A program made the position numbers and the translations under genes. Under the pieces are notes generated by a model that saw only the letters and a program-made list of their open reading frames with translations, had not been told where the DNA came from and made no database searches. A stretch of DNA of 64,000 nt from Amoebidium appalachense (taxonomy: Eukaryota > Protista > Ichthyosporea), in NCBI GenBank assembly GCA_963693365.1, contig CAVNZM010000013.1, positions 7,268,713-7,332,712 of the forward strand, written 5' to 3'. This document shows, piece by piece, positions 1 to 12,222 of the stretch (position 1 is its first letter; each line of letters opens with the position of its first letter).

Positions 1-103
1 CTAAGGTCACAGTGTTCTGTGTAGTGCAAATACGTAAGCTTCAAGACGGTGAAAAAAAAAAGGTGTTGCGTAGTTCTATTTCCCCTTCTGCCCTCCCCCT
101 CCC

Positions 104-166
<63 letters not shown>

Positions 167-284
167 CACACAACCACCATTGCCACTACCACCGGCACCA
201 ACACTACCGTAACATCACAAACGTTCACACACTTGGGCGGTCTTTCAACTCGAACAACGCATCCAAGTCATAACCGCTTTCAAC

Positions 285-801
285 ATGGCCTTGCCAACAC
301 AGCTCGGTCCTGTTGAGCACGTTGTAATCTTTGGAATAGACGGTATGGGTGCGGAATATTTCGTCAGAGAAACAGAAAAGGATGTCCTGTTTGCATCGAA
401 TCTCAGGCGCTTACAGAGGGAGGGGCTGTTTACAGCCAACTGCCGCAGTGTGTTTCCGACCTTGTCCACACCCAACTGGTATGCTCTTATGCGCAGTGCC
501 ACACCAACTGAGGGTGGTGCGGCTACTAACGGTTGGGACCGGAGGTATGCTCTTTTTTTTTTCGTCTGTCTGCCTTCTCTCTCTCTCTCCTCAGTGAGGA
601 GGGGTGGGGAGAGGAGGAGGGGGTGGCGATGATATGGGAAGAGGGGAGGGAGGGGGCCGCGGGGAGGGGGGGGGGGGGAAGGGGGGGACGATCGTGTGTG
701 TGTGTGTTGGGGGGAGGGTGGGAGGAGGAATTCGAGCACACACACTCTCTCTTACACCACACACGCGCGCGCACACGCACGCACGCACGCACGCACGCGC
801 G

Positions 802-846
<45 letters not shown>

Positions 847-1252
847 GCGCGCGCCCCGCGCACGCACACAAACACACGCGCACACACACACGCACACAAA
901 AACACGCACACACACACACTCTCTCACAGATACACTCCCGCGCTTAAGCATGTGCAGACGCCCGCAGGCACACACACACACACACACACACACATGCACA
1001 CATGCACACATGCACATACATGCACACACGCACACAAGGAGAGGGAGGAGGGTAGGAAGAGAGGGAGGGAGGGGGTGGTGGGGATGAGAAGGAGAGGGCG
1101 AGAAAGATGAGAGATGGAGAGAGGGGGTGGGGAGGGGGGGGGGAGATGTTGAAGGTAGCGAGTCACAAAACAAGGAGAGGCTTGGAAGAAGTATGGGGGC
1201 AGAAACTCTGGAGGAGCAGGAGAGGGCAGTTGTAGGTGTACGTCTAGGCAGG

Positions 1253-1287
<35 letters not shown>

Positions 1288-4200
1288 TGGGGGGGAAGGT
1301 GGGCCGGGGAGGGAGGGGGGGGGGGGGGGGAGGGGGGGGGAGGGGGCTGCAGAGTTTGGCATGTCACTTTGAAGCCTGATTTTGATGGGTCTATGCTGGT
1401 GTGCTTGCATGTGTGTGGGGGTTGGGTTTTATTTTTTGTTGGGGAGGTGAGGAGTGGAGGGGGGTGGGGGGCGGGGGGAGGGGGGTGAGAGAGAGAGGGG
1501 GGGGGTGGGGGTGGAGGGGTGGGGGGAAGGGGGTGGGGGGAAGGGGGGTAGGGATGGGAGAAGGGGGAGAGTGAAGAGACGAGGGTGGTGATGGTGGTGG
1601 TGGGGAGGGGAGGGGTGGGGGAATGATTATCTAACTCAAACCTCATTAATTCTTATCCCCCCTCCCCCTCCCCTCCCCCCGGCCCCTCTTTTTCTCGGGC
1701 TCGAAACCCCTCTCCCCTCACCCCTCCCCTCACTCCCCTTTACCCCATTCACATGCACACCTTCGCGGTCACATATTCCCTCCCTTTAAACACACCCGAC
1801 CTCCCCCTCTACACCAATACCACCATCACCACACAATCACACATAGCCCCCCTCCCCCCCTCCCCGTTCCCTCCCATCCCCCCCCCCCCCCCCCAAAAAA
1901 AACAACAAAAAACACATACACATGCCACCTCCCCCCCCTTCCCTTCCCCTCCCGGCCCACACACACACCATGCCCCTCCCCACACACACGTACACATGCA
2001 CGGTTAGCAATGCGCACGTGAGTGACACGAACAATCCAGATGGGCACGGGTGTTCCCCCATCCCCGACATCTTCACTGTGGTCCGTGCACAAGATCCATC
2101 TGCTACCACTGCTCTGTTTCACAACTGGGGCATGCTAGCACAGTCCGTAGCTGGCCACCCTAGCAACCGTAACGTTAGCCGGTTTGTGTCGGATTCCCAA
2201 GGGAACGCGCTAGAAGACGGTGTGTTGGTGAAGGAGGCAGGGGAGTATTTTGCACAAAACAAGCCCAAAGTTTTGTTTTTGCACCTGAATGATGTCGACG
2301 AGGCAGGGCACAAAAAGGGATACGGTGACTTCTACAATGAGAAGGTGTGTGCTCTACTCCGCTCTCTGTCTCCCCCCCTCTCTCCCCCTCCCCCCCCCCC
2401 CCCTCCCCCCCCCCTCTCTCCCCCGTTGTCCTTCTCCTCCCCACTTGGGGATTGGACTCAGGACTCCCTATACTTTATTCTATACCTCGTATGCCTTGCA
2501 TGCTGCTCAAATTGACAACGTCTTGTGTGATTCTGACTGTTGCCACGTTCAAACCCCGCACCCCTTGCTCACTTGCATCCCTTGAACACATACTTTGGGG
2601 GGGAGGGGGGAGGGGGGAGGGGGGGGAAGGAGAAAGGGGACACACACATGCACATACAAATACGAAGAGCTCACCTGCACCAATTTCCATCCCTCCCCCC
2701 CCTATCCCCCCCTTCCCAAAAAAAAAAAAAAGAAGAAGAAGAAGAAGAAGAAGTAGAAGCGAGAGAAAAAGAATGAAAAGGAGGAAGATACCATTTGCTA
2801 AATCTTCCTTCCTTCCTTCTCCCCCCCTCTCCCCCCCCCCCCCCCCCCCCCCCCCTCCCCCCACTCCCCCCCTCCTCCTCCACCACCACAACCACATTTT
2901 TTCCGAATCGTTGTCTATGTTGAAACAGTGATGGTGGTCGTGGGCAGTTTCCGGGGAGAAGGGAGTGGTGGTGGTGGTGGTGGGGGGGGGGGGGAGGGGG
3001 GGGAATGCCGTGGCCTGTTTTGCCAAACCAAAGAAGTTAAATGAAGTGATGTTAAATGAAGTGATGGGAAACACCATCTTGCCCATGTGTAGGGAGCCCT
3101 AGGACGACCCCTTCCCCCCCCCCCCCCCCCCCCTCCCCCCCTTTGCCTGCGCTCCCCCACCTCCCTTCTCCTCCACCCTCTCCCCCCCCCCCCCCCCCCC
3201 CCCCCCCCCCGCTGCCGCAGCCAAAATCCCCCCTGATGATGGACTCTGTTAAAATGTCTTGTTCCTGAATAAGTTTACTCATGTTTTTGTATTTCTAGTC
3301 ATTGCTTCTATTTTAGCCGTTCGGCTAGGTATAACATCGCCCCCTTCCTTCCCTGAGGAAAAATCCGGGGGGGGGGGGGGGGGAGGCTTTCAAAGAGAGA
3401 GAAGAAGAAGAAAAAGAGAAAGAGGAGTGAAAAGAAAAGGGAAAGAAAGAAAGAAAGAAAAAACCCCATCTGCCATCCGATGACTTTTACTTTGGCATCA
3501 CTTCTTTAGAGAAAAAAAAATTGGGGGAAAACCCTATTTTTTTTTTTTTTTTGCCCTCCTTTTCCCCATTTATTGACGTTCAATTCCCGCACACAGGTGC
3601 AAGCAGTGGACAGGGCTCTCGGTTCATTCCTTGAAAAAATCGAAACCAGCGGGGTTAAAAATAGAACACTGCTTTTTGTCGTATCGGACCATGGACGTGA
3701 GGATTCGGGATATTCACATGGGAATTTTGCGCAAAACCAGGTCAAAGCGCCACTCTTTGTATGGGGGGATCCGATCCCAATTGCGATTAGAGGGCGTAAG
3801 ATCGAGACCCCAATCCTGAATATCGACGTCCCAGCTACAGCAGTGCACAGTTTGGGCCTAAAGACACCCATTCAGTGGAGGGGCCGGCCGATTATTGAAC
3901 TTTCTGGAATGCAGGATTACTGGGTATACAAGCAGCCGCCCGACCAAATTCCCGGAAATTGTGCTGCGTGGAAATTGAACCACAACCCGTTTCTTATACC
4001 CTACCACTACGTTACAGGGCTATGGAACGGCGCTATTTTTGCGATTGCGATTCTGTGGTTGATCACACATTTCCTTTTTGGGGCATGTTGGTTCTGGGGA
4101 AGAAACGGCAAGAGGTCAACACCTTCCGAATCAAGGCGTCGCCGAAGCTCAGTTTCTCGCCCGTCACTAATTCCGGACGAAAATGGAAATGACTATGTGC

Positions 4201-4427
4201 TCTCCTCCAATGGGATTGAAGAGTCTGAGTACATGCTGATGACGTCATTGGGCGAGGGAGGAAAGCACGTGACCGAGGTTGCCAGGTGCTGTGGAAGGGT
4301 GTGGAACCTTCGGTACCCCCCGTGGGTGGTCGTTGTCGGAGGGATGTATCTGCTGGTGGGTGTGTGTGCGAGTGTGATGGCAATTAAACATGTGGCATGG
4401 GTGTTGCGGGTGGTAGATTCCATGTGA
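285..4427 (+). CDS. Alkaline phosphatase superfamily / type I phosphodiesterase-nucleotide pyrophosphatase-like protein with C-terminal TM helices (3 exons, ~475 aa)
   Basis: Exons 285-544, 2008-2344 and 3597-4427 join in frame across GT-AG introns. Motifs: [13 protein letters not shown] (Ser nucleophile position), DVDEAGH, VSDHG...HG, IDVPATA; two hydrophobic segments near the C terminus. No signal peptide follows ATG 285, so an upstream exon is possible. Confidence 0.85.
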
Positions 4428-5148
4428 TCTTTCTCTCTCTCTCCCTCCCCCCTCTCCCACTTCCCCACTACCCCCCCCTTCCCCCCTTCCCTCTCTCTCT
4501 CACCCACGCACACACAAACACACACTGTCACTCCCTCCCCCCCCCCCTCTCTTTCACCCTCTCTCACAATCACCTTTTCCTCGAACACACACACACACAC
4601 ACACACACACCTACGCACACAAGCAAATATTGCTTCGCATTTATTAACCATAGTATATAATCCTCCCCCTCCCCTCTCTCTCTCTTTCTCCCCCCCCCCC
4701 CCCCCCCCTCCCCCCCCCCCCAAACACACACACACACACACACATACAAGTATTTGAGTATTCATAAATGCATGTAGGTAGAGTGCCCAGGAGCTTTGGC
4801 CCCCCATTCATCTTAGGCATGTCTGAAATGAACGCACATGCACAGGGGTTCAACACTTATAAACAAAACTATCTGATATGATACATTTGCATATTAGTAC
4901 GCAGCCTGCGCGCCCGCCTTGCACGAGAGTATATGGGGTCTATTAGAGTTCCCCTCTCTTAATATAAAAAAGTGTACCTGGGCTGAGCCTGAAACTGAAA
5001 CTTTGCATATACATAAGATGCCGCCGGTAGTAAGAACATGCACCGCAACCAGATGTTCCGATTTGCGGACTGGCTAAAAAACCCCCTCCCTCCCCCATCC
5101 AAGACCCCTCGGGAGTGAGCCCCCCTTCCCCCCCCCCCTCCACCCCCT

Positions 5149-5188
<40 letters not shown>

Positions 5189-5251
5189 GGAAAAAAAAAA
5201 AAAAAAAAAAAAAAAAAAGCCCCCTCCCCCTCCCCCCTCCGGGAGTACCGA

Positions 5252-5290
<39 letters not shown>

Positions 5291-5499
5291 GAGCACAGGA
5301 CCCGGTTATGAACATATATACTTTCACTCATATGTAGTGCACGTGCCATGCACTAGCCAAGCGCGAATTCAATAAGGTGCGAACAAAAAACCAGATATGC
5401 CATGGCATATCTAAAGAACATGGTGCACCTTCTTCTCCCGTGGGGCCAACCCCTTTCCCCTTTCCAGAAATGCAGGCCTGGGCAATCTTCCCCCTTCCT

Positions 5500-5533
<34 letters not shown>

Positions 5534-5652
5534 ACACACACACACACACACACACCTCCCCCCTCTTAAACACCCACACACAACACCCACCCGTCCCCTC
5601 ACACAAACGATCATGCACATGCACGCAAAAAAACACCACACACGCGTGCGCG

Positions 5653-5725
<73 letters not shown>

Positions 5726-5952
5726 ACACAGACACACACACACACACACACAAACCCGATCCCATGTGTCTGTTCAGAGATATCTTCACAATTTCAATTG
5801 GAAATTTGAAACGTGGGTTACATGCTATGTAGAGAATGGAGAGAAAGGGGAGAAAAGTGGGGGCCCAGGGTTGATGGTGGCGGTGGTGTTGCCAGGGGGG
5901 GGGGGGGGGGGGGGGCCCAAGCAATAATATATGTCTCGCGCACCAGGGAGCT

Positions 5953-5996
<44 letters not shown>

Positions 5997-6165
5997 GAGA
6001 AAAGAGGGAGAGCACGAGGAAACCATGCAGCATCACGGTGTTAGCATGTAGACGTTTGGTTACGGTGGAAAACTGAAGTATTGTATGCTGCGTGCATGTA
6101 TTCGTGAAATTCAATCGTGCAATATGTACTGGTATCTCTGTAATGGCATCGCAGCGCCCAATTAA

Positions 6166-6208
<43 letters not shown>

Positions 6209-6236
6209 TTTTTCTTTGGAAATGAAAAAAAAGAAG

Positions 6237-6269
<33 letters not shown>

Positions 6270-6278
6270 GCTATTTTA

Positions 6279-6355
6279 AATTTTGAATCATCTTGATATT
6301 AGTCACCTCCTGTATCAATTTTGAATCATCTTGATATTAGTCACCTCCTGTATCA
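6279..6355. repeat. 38-bp perfect tandem duplication
   Basis: aattttgaatcatcttgatattagtcacctcctgtatc occurs twice head-to-tail; it is followed by several short agcagaat/attctgct inverted motifs up to ~6545. Confidence 0.85.
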
Positions 6356-6836
6356 TCGGATGAGCAGATTTATTCTGCAAAGAGCAGAATTAGTATTCTG
6401 CTCGCGGCAGCAGCTTGGGAATATACTTGCTCAAAGCAGAATGATTCTGCTTTTAGCAGAATGATTGTGCCGCGTTTTTGCATAAAAATGCATCAATTTT
6501 CCAAAACTGCATAGCAATTCCGCTTTTGCTAAATAATTCTGCATGGATGGAAACGCAAGGGGCTGACCCATGGCTGGCAGATCACAAAGCCTAACGGGAG
6601 GTGGCCCGGGGAGGTGGAAGGGGGGCCGAGATGATAAGGCATGGGCGGGGGGCCCACCTTGGATAATGTTTCGGGACTATCATAATGTTGCGTGGCGGCA
6701 AACACAGAGGTGGTGGGGTAGTGGAGAATGGGGAAGTGTGCGGGGAAAGGAAAGGAGGAACGGGAAGGGGACAAGGGGTAATGCACACTGCAAACCGAGG
6801 CGCAAGTGCTGGGGTTTTCTGATTATCATAAACGGG

Positions 6837-6869
<33 letters not shown>

Positions 6870-7421
6870 AGAGTTTATATATAGAGAACAGTACGAGATG
6901 GCAGGGAATTTTACTGAGGTAAAACGCCTCCGCAATCTGCTAATGTGTATGTACGACTCTTTTTTTCAACACTATGTGTGTATGTACGTGTGTGTGTGCC
7001 GGGGCGAGTGGGCCTCGAGGGGGGGAGGGGGGGGGGAAGGGGGGAGGGGGGGGAAATGAGCGGCGGCCTGGGCAAGGGTCCTGGGGAGGGCGAGGGGGAA
7101 GATTTAAAAGCCTTAGGGATCATCGAATCCATTGGTAACTTAGTATCCGACTACTTATGAGATAGGACCTTGTGAAGAGCATTGTCGTATATCATATGGT
7201 AATAGCATGGCCCTCACATTTTTTTGAGAAGAATACCACTGTCGTAGATCCTAATGATATGACCTTGTCAACGTTTAGCACAAGCTCCCGTTTTACTGTA
7301 CGTGCTGCAGATTTGCAAATAAGTAGCTCAAAGCGTCCCCCCCCCCCCCCTCCCCCTCCCCCCCCCCCCTTCCCCCCCTCTCCCCGGGCCCCCGGTACGG
7401 GTGTTTGCAGGAAGAGGCCTA

Positions 7422-7452
<31 letters not shown>

Positions 7453-8663
7453 CGTCCAAAACAATAAGATTATGCCCCACACCCCAGTTTTGAAGGGGTT
7501 TCTGAGTAATTGGACTTTGGACGTTAAAGCAGTACAAGAAAGACTTTTGTTTAGATGTATGTAGCCTATGCTATTTGATTGGTTCAACTGCCTTGGTCAT
7601 TCAATGCGAGGATATTCCCCTTGCGGAAGGTTACACTCTTCCCCCCCCTTCCCCCCCCCCCCCCCCCCCCCCACAAAAAAAAAAAAAAAAAAAAACCCTC
7701 TTTCCCCTTCATCCTTCTTAGTTCCTGCACCCTCTCAGTCTACGCCACACCCGAATGACGTATATTTACACCCGGCAACACTCACTGGCGGAAGCACTCT
7801 TCAATTGGGGAATATTAGTGATTCTTGATTTTGATACGGGGAGGGGGGTAGTAGCAACTTTGGGGGGTGAGAGGGGGGGGAACCATCCACCCCTTTGGAC
7901 AGGTGGGTCCTTGCCCTCCGGGGGGGAAAGGGCGGGGAGGGGGGGGGGGAGGACCCACCCACCCCTCGGGCTAGCAGGGGGAGGGGGGTTTGGGAAGACC
8001 CACCACCCACCTGAGTAGGGTGGCACCCCCTGGGGGGGGGGGGGGGGGTGGGGGGAGGGGGGGGAGGGGGGGGGGGGGGGGGGTCGACCCACCCACCAAT
8101 ATAGCTTGCCATCATGTGATTATCTCAGATAACCTGATCATATAATAGTACTATAATCTAAATAATGTAGCAGCAGCTAACATTCCTTCCCAAAACGTAA
8201 ACCGTCGAGGCTAACTAATAGGAGTCCTTGATCACCTGAAACTCAGGCTATGTTGCACGGTCATACAGTAGCTCCTCCCTTCCGAGGGCCCTGTCCGCTT
8301 CCCCCGCCCCCGGGGGCACTCGTCTCCAATCTCCTTACTGCGCGCGCACACACACGCTTTCACACATTAAATTCACACGTACCTGCACACACATGTGCCA
8401 CATATCACAAACTTTGACCAGCGATGAGCACCAGACATACGCATGAACATGTATACAACGTACATGCTCTCACCCACATCGCACACATATTACAGCGCAT
8501 GAACATGTAGTTGCTCTCACCCACATCGCACAAATATTACATTCCAAGCCACACCGATACGCAAACCAACACTTCACGGTGAGCACGATAACCTCGTCCC
8601 CCAAAATGACCGTTGTGTGTGTTGTGTGTCGCACGCACACACACACGCGCGCGCGCGTGCGCG

Positions 8664-8696
<33 letters not shown>

Positions 8697-8780
8697 TCTC
8701 TCTCTCTCTCTCAAGTTAAGCACGGAATAAAGCTTTCGTTTGCCTTTCGAACTCCTCTATCCTGGCCCGCACGCCAAGTC

Positions 8781-10100
8781 CTACCACTCATCCTCATAGT
8801 TCTTGCGTTGATGGTAACGATTCTTTCGTTGGTAGCGAACAGTCTTGCGGTATTTGCGAGCTCCCTCACCGTAGCGGGCCTCTGCCTTCTGGTGCAGTTC
8901 TGTGCCAGAATCTGGCGAAATTCTCTGAATGCGCCCGGGGCCCGTGTTGATACCAGTACGGAAGTGGCCCATGGCGTCCACCAATGGCATGTCGGGGGGG
9001 TATGCAGTGCCAGCGATGTTGTAGGCATAGAATGAATCTTTCTGCATGGGCCTGGGCCCGTTATTGACCCGGGCATCACCCATACCGAAACTCTTCCCGC
9101 CGCGTATTTCGGGGTTATTAGGCTGGGGTGCCTCCGGGCTCCAGTTGTGCAGATCGTTGGGGATGTACTGGGACTCAGGGTTCCCGTACACGACGGCAGG
9201 CTTCTGCTGTCCTCGCAGAAACTCTTCCTCGGATACTTGGGCCGGTTCAGACACAACGTCCATGACCCTCCTGGGCCCACCTTCTACTTCGCCTGGCTGG
9301 GCTGCCTCCGCGGCACCCGCTTCGTCTTCGAAATATGTTATCTCCTTTGCAATTCTGTTCTCCACGCGCCGCGCTATGTCGGTCTGGCTGCCTCCCTTTT
9401 CAGTCTCTTGCTCCCACACTTCCTTCATCCAATCGTTATCCAGAACGCCGTTAGCGTCTACTGCCCCTTCAGCCGGCTGGGCGGCTTCCGCAGCCTCGAG
9501 TGCCTCCTCCGCCGCCTCGGCAGACTCAGCAGCGGCCTCAGCACCGACTTCACCTGCAATCTCGCTGCCCTCCACGGCCACCGCACTAGCCTCGGCCCCG
9601 CTTTCAGCTATGATCTCACCTATGGCGGCGACGATGGCCATGATGCCCTCACCAAATTGCTTGCCCTGTATCTGCTGTGCAACTGCAGCATGGTCGAAAG
9701 ACCGGGCCGCACCGAGGTAGCCTAACCGGCCCCGCTCCACATGTGCCTTGAAGCCTGGATCCCGAACCCAGGGTGTCCCTGGAGTGCCGTCAATTTGAAA
9801 CCGTGCCACGTTATAGTACGCTTTGGCCTTCTTGTTGCTGCACGCGGTGGAGGTACACTGCTTGATTGCTGCGGCCTGGGTGGGGGTGAATTTGTAGTTC
9901 TTGTCGCGGGCTTGTACTCCGGCCACGTTGAAGCCACAGATGCCGAGGCATATCTTGGGCTTGGACGTGCACTGGGCCGCACAGTCCGCCCAGGGATACT
10001 TGGCCTGCAGCAGCGCGCATTGTTCCTTGCACGTGGTGGCCGAGGCGGTCTGGGCGCCCGCAAGCACGACGGTGATAGCCACCGCAAAACGTGGAAGCAT
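8781..10100 (-). CDS. Intronless secreted protein (~439 aa): signal peptide, 8-Cys domain, amphipathic/acidic linker, basic C terminus; unknown function
   Basis: Long open frame in a repeat-free, GC/CpG-rich island. The first ATG is at 10100 (MLPRFAVAITVVLAGAQTASA, signal-peptide-like); the track start at 10124 is a TTG. Three CxxxC pairs plus a CxxxxC, an AAEAAQPxE motif twice, and a C-terminal RKYRKTVRYQRKNRYHQRK. Confidence 0.75.
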   Translation of the reverse strand: MLPRFAVAITVVLAGAQTASATTCKEQCALLQAKYPWADCAAQCTSKPKICLGICGFNVAGVQARDKNYKFTPTQAAAIKQCTSTACSNKKAKAYYNVARFQIDGTPGTPWVRDPGFKAHVERGRLGYLGAARSFDHAAVAQQIQGKQFGEGIMAIVAAIGEIIAESGAEASAVAVEGSEIAGEVGAEAAAESAEAAEEALEAAEAAQPAEGAVDANGVLDNDWMKEVWEQETEKGGSQTDIARRVENRIAKEITYFEDEAGAAEAAQPGEVEGGPRRVMDVVSEPAQVSEEEFLRGQQKPAVVYGNPESQYIPNDLHNWSPEAPQPNNPEIRGGKSFGMGDARVNNGPRPMQKDSFYAYNIAGTAYPPDMPLVDAMGHFRTGINTGPGRIQRISPDSGTELHQKAEARYGEGARKYRKTVRYQRKNRYHQRKNYEDEW

Positions 10101-10201
10101 CGTGAGAGTTGATGTGATGCGCAAGTGACTTGTGAAAAGTGTCTTCTGACTGTCGTCGACGCTTTTGTTTTGTTTTGTTTTGATTTGGTCTGCTTGTCTC
10201 G

Positions 10202-10693
10202 ATGGTACGCTCGGAATTTCTACTCCGTCCTACGGCCAATGCCATGTCCCATTATTTGGAAGAAACAGCCAATCCGTGCGCTCCATTACGGGGCGACTAT
10301 AACCGTGCGTTCATCCGTGACGCGACAAAGGGGTGTGGAAGCTTCTTCACCCACCTCCCAAGCTACGACCCATGCGCGCCGGAAAACATTCAGAAAGCAG
10401 ACAAAGAACGTAAAGTGTCTGCTAAGAATGCGTGCGCCACACGTTGTCGTGTACGCATCAGCAAGGCAAAAGAGTTCCTCGCAAAGTTGGAAAACGATGC
10501 TACGAGCGTGATAGACACGGACACGAAGGAACCAATGTTTTCTGGTGAGAAACTGCTCGAGCGCAAACGCCGATGCGAGATGGAAATCGAGCTCTTCTGC
10601 GAACTGTTCGCGCTGGCGGAAGGTCGTGCATACGACCCCGTAAGCGACAAGTGGGAACCAACCCCACAGGTGTCGGACCAAACCGATGCCTAA
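10202..10693 (+). CDS. Intronless 163-aa ORF, candidate ORF1 of the LINE (or partner of the divergent secreted ORF)
   Basis: ATG 10202 follows an in-frame TGA at 10181-10183. Its stop (10691-10693) overlaps the LINE ORF2 ATG at 10686 (atgcctaa). Basic and coiled-coil-like segment KNACATRCRVRISKAKEFLAKLE; no CCHC knuckle visible. Confidence 0.55.
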   Translation: MVRSEFLLRPTANAMSHYLEETANPCAPLRGDYNRAFIRDATKGCGSFFTHLPSYDPCAPENIQKADKERKVSAKNACATRCRVRISKAKEFLAKLENDATSVIDTDTKEPMFSGEKLLERKRRCEMEIELFCELFALAEGRAYDPVSDKWEPTPQVSDQTDA

Positions 10694-11105
10694 TTTATCC
10701 TTCTTCTTCTGGAATGCTCGGACACTGGGCCCCCAAAAGGGCCTCCCCCCCGGGACACTCGACGATAAAATCAGCTACATACAACAACAGACAAACAACC
10801 ACACGTTTACAGTGATTTGCGAAACACAGTTTAAAAACCACCACAAATTCAACTCTACATTGGTCGACACATCCACACACCCCGGTTACGCGAAAAACCG
10901 AGGCATTATTGTACTTGCCGCACCACACGTGAGAGTGAAGTGCAAACCGGTAGCAAAAACGGAATTCTCGGTTTCTATAGAGTTTCTTTCTAATGTTTTT
11001 ACTTTTGTATATTACCCACCATCTATGTCGGTTGTCGAATTGACTCACGAGTTGTCACAGTTACCAATGTCCACTGTTATTTTAGGTGATTTTAACACGC
11101 GACTC

Positions 11106-11512
11106 TGTTGGAGTGCAGACTTACGCTCACTCCACAATATGTGTATGTTAGCTTTACAATTGGTTCCGTGTACACAGACACACGCTGACACTCGATCACC
11201 ACATGCACATCTGCATAGTTGAGGAATGTTGCCAATTGTGTTTTGACTGCAAACGATTGGTTCACTGGTCCCAGAGATCTCTAAATGAAAGTAACCAATC
11301 CGATTAGCACCTGGCATCCGGATTACATTCCAGACTGCTGCCCCACGGGTATATAAGCCACGTCTCTGCCAGGTGCAGACATGGAGTTCAGACATGGAGT
11401 TCAGTCATGGAGTTCAGTCATGGAGTTAACACACTGAAAGCAGTAAAAAAAAACGGGTCAGCGCCCAAGCGCGCCACGACGACCCTAGTCACAGCGGACT
11501 CTACTTCCAACA
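11106..11512 (+). repeat. 5' LTR (407 bp)
   Basis: Direct repeat of 11817-12222, differing by eye by one substitution (ctccac/ctctac) and one A in an A-run; contains TATATAA and ~4 copies of a 13-bp catggagttcag(a/t) unit. Confidence 0.95.
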
Positions 11513-11513
11513 G

Positions 11514-11527
11514 GGTTATGGGCCCAG
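11514..11527 (+). promoter_or_regulatory. Primer-binding site GGTTATGGGCCCAG (copia/Hemivirus type, internal tRNA-iMet fragment)
   Basis: Immediately follows the 5' LTR. It matches the known Drosophila copia PBS, complementary to the anticodon region of initiator tRNA-Met, rather than a TGG-type tRNA 3'-end PBS. Confidence 0.85.
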
Positions 11528-11816
11528 ACACGACACCGCGGCCTCTAACTTCACGTCCCCTACGACGCCTTGAACGGAGGAGCCAGAAACCGACTTCTAG
11601 GCTGTACCCTACACCCGCGAGCGTATTTCCGTGAAGTAGAGACTTTCGCTTCCACAAACTCCATCCGCAGCAGCCTGCGACATCAACGTCAAGTATTCCA
11701 CTTCATTGGCGGGGCACGCACCACAGTGGAATGCACACCCCGGTCTACCCTGCAAGCAGCCACACTCACTCTCTCTTCTCTACAGTGGTGTGTACACTTC
11801 TCCAATTGGGTAGGGG

Positions 11817-12222
11817 TGTTGGAGTGCAGACTTACGCTCACTCTACAATATGTGTATGTTAGCTTTACAATTGGTTCCGTGTACACAGACACACGCTGAC
11901 ACTCGATCACCACATGCACATCTGCATAGTTGAGGAATGTTGCCAATTGTGTTTTGACTGCAAACGATTGGTTCACTGGTCCCAGAGATCTCTAAATGAA
12001 AGTAACCAATCCGATTAGCACCTGGCATCCGGATTACATTCCAGACTGCTGCCCCACGGGTATATAAGCCACGTCTCTGCCAGGTGCAGACATGGAGTTC
12101 AGACATGGAGTTCAGTCATGGAGTTCAGTCATGGAGTTAACACACTGAAAGCAGTAAAAAAAACGGGTCAGCGCCCAAGCGCGCCACGACGACCCTAGTC
12201 ACAGCGGACTCTACTTCCAACA
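11817..12222 (+). repeat. 3' LTR (406 bp)
   Basis: Direct repeat of 11106-11512, preceded by a polypurine tract. Confidence 0.95.

Larger units (their letters stand above)
11106..12222 (+). mobile_element. Non-autonomous Ty1/copia-type LTR element (TRIM-like, 1117 bp)
   Basis: LTRs at 11106-11512 and 11817-12222 with TGTTGGA...TCCAACA ends; 5-bp TSD GACTC at 11101-11105 and 12223-12227; PBS right after the 5' LTR; purine tract gggtagggg before the 3' LTR. The empty site is visible in LINE copy 2. Confidence 0.95.

Noticed and set aside
8200-8335. HDV-like ribozyme marking a LINE 5' end
   Set aside because: I could not build a consistent P1/P2/P3 nested pseudoknot by eye.
9046-10112. Plus-strand ORFs of 224, 192 and 123 aa
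   Set aside because: Antisense shadows of the GC-rich 8781-10100 ORF, with no recognisable motifs.
11045-12106. Short ORFs within the LTR element (116, 95, 87, 75 aa)
   Set aside because: They lie largely in duplicated LTR sequence with no gag or pol motifs; only a decayed RNase H tail is recognisable in the interior.
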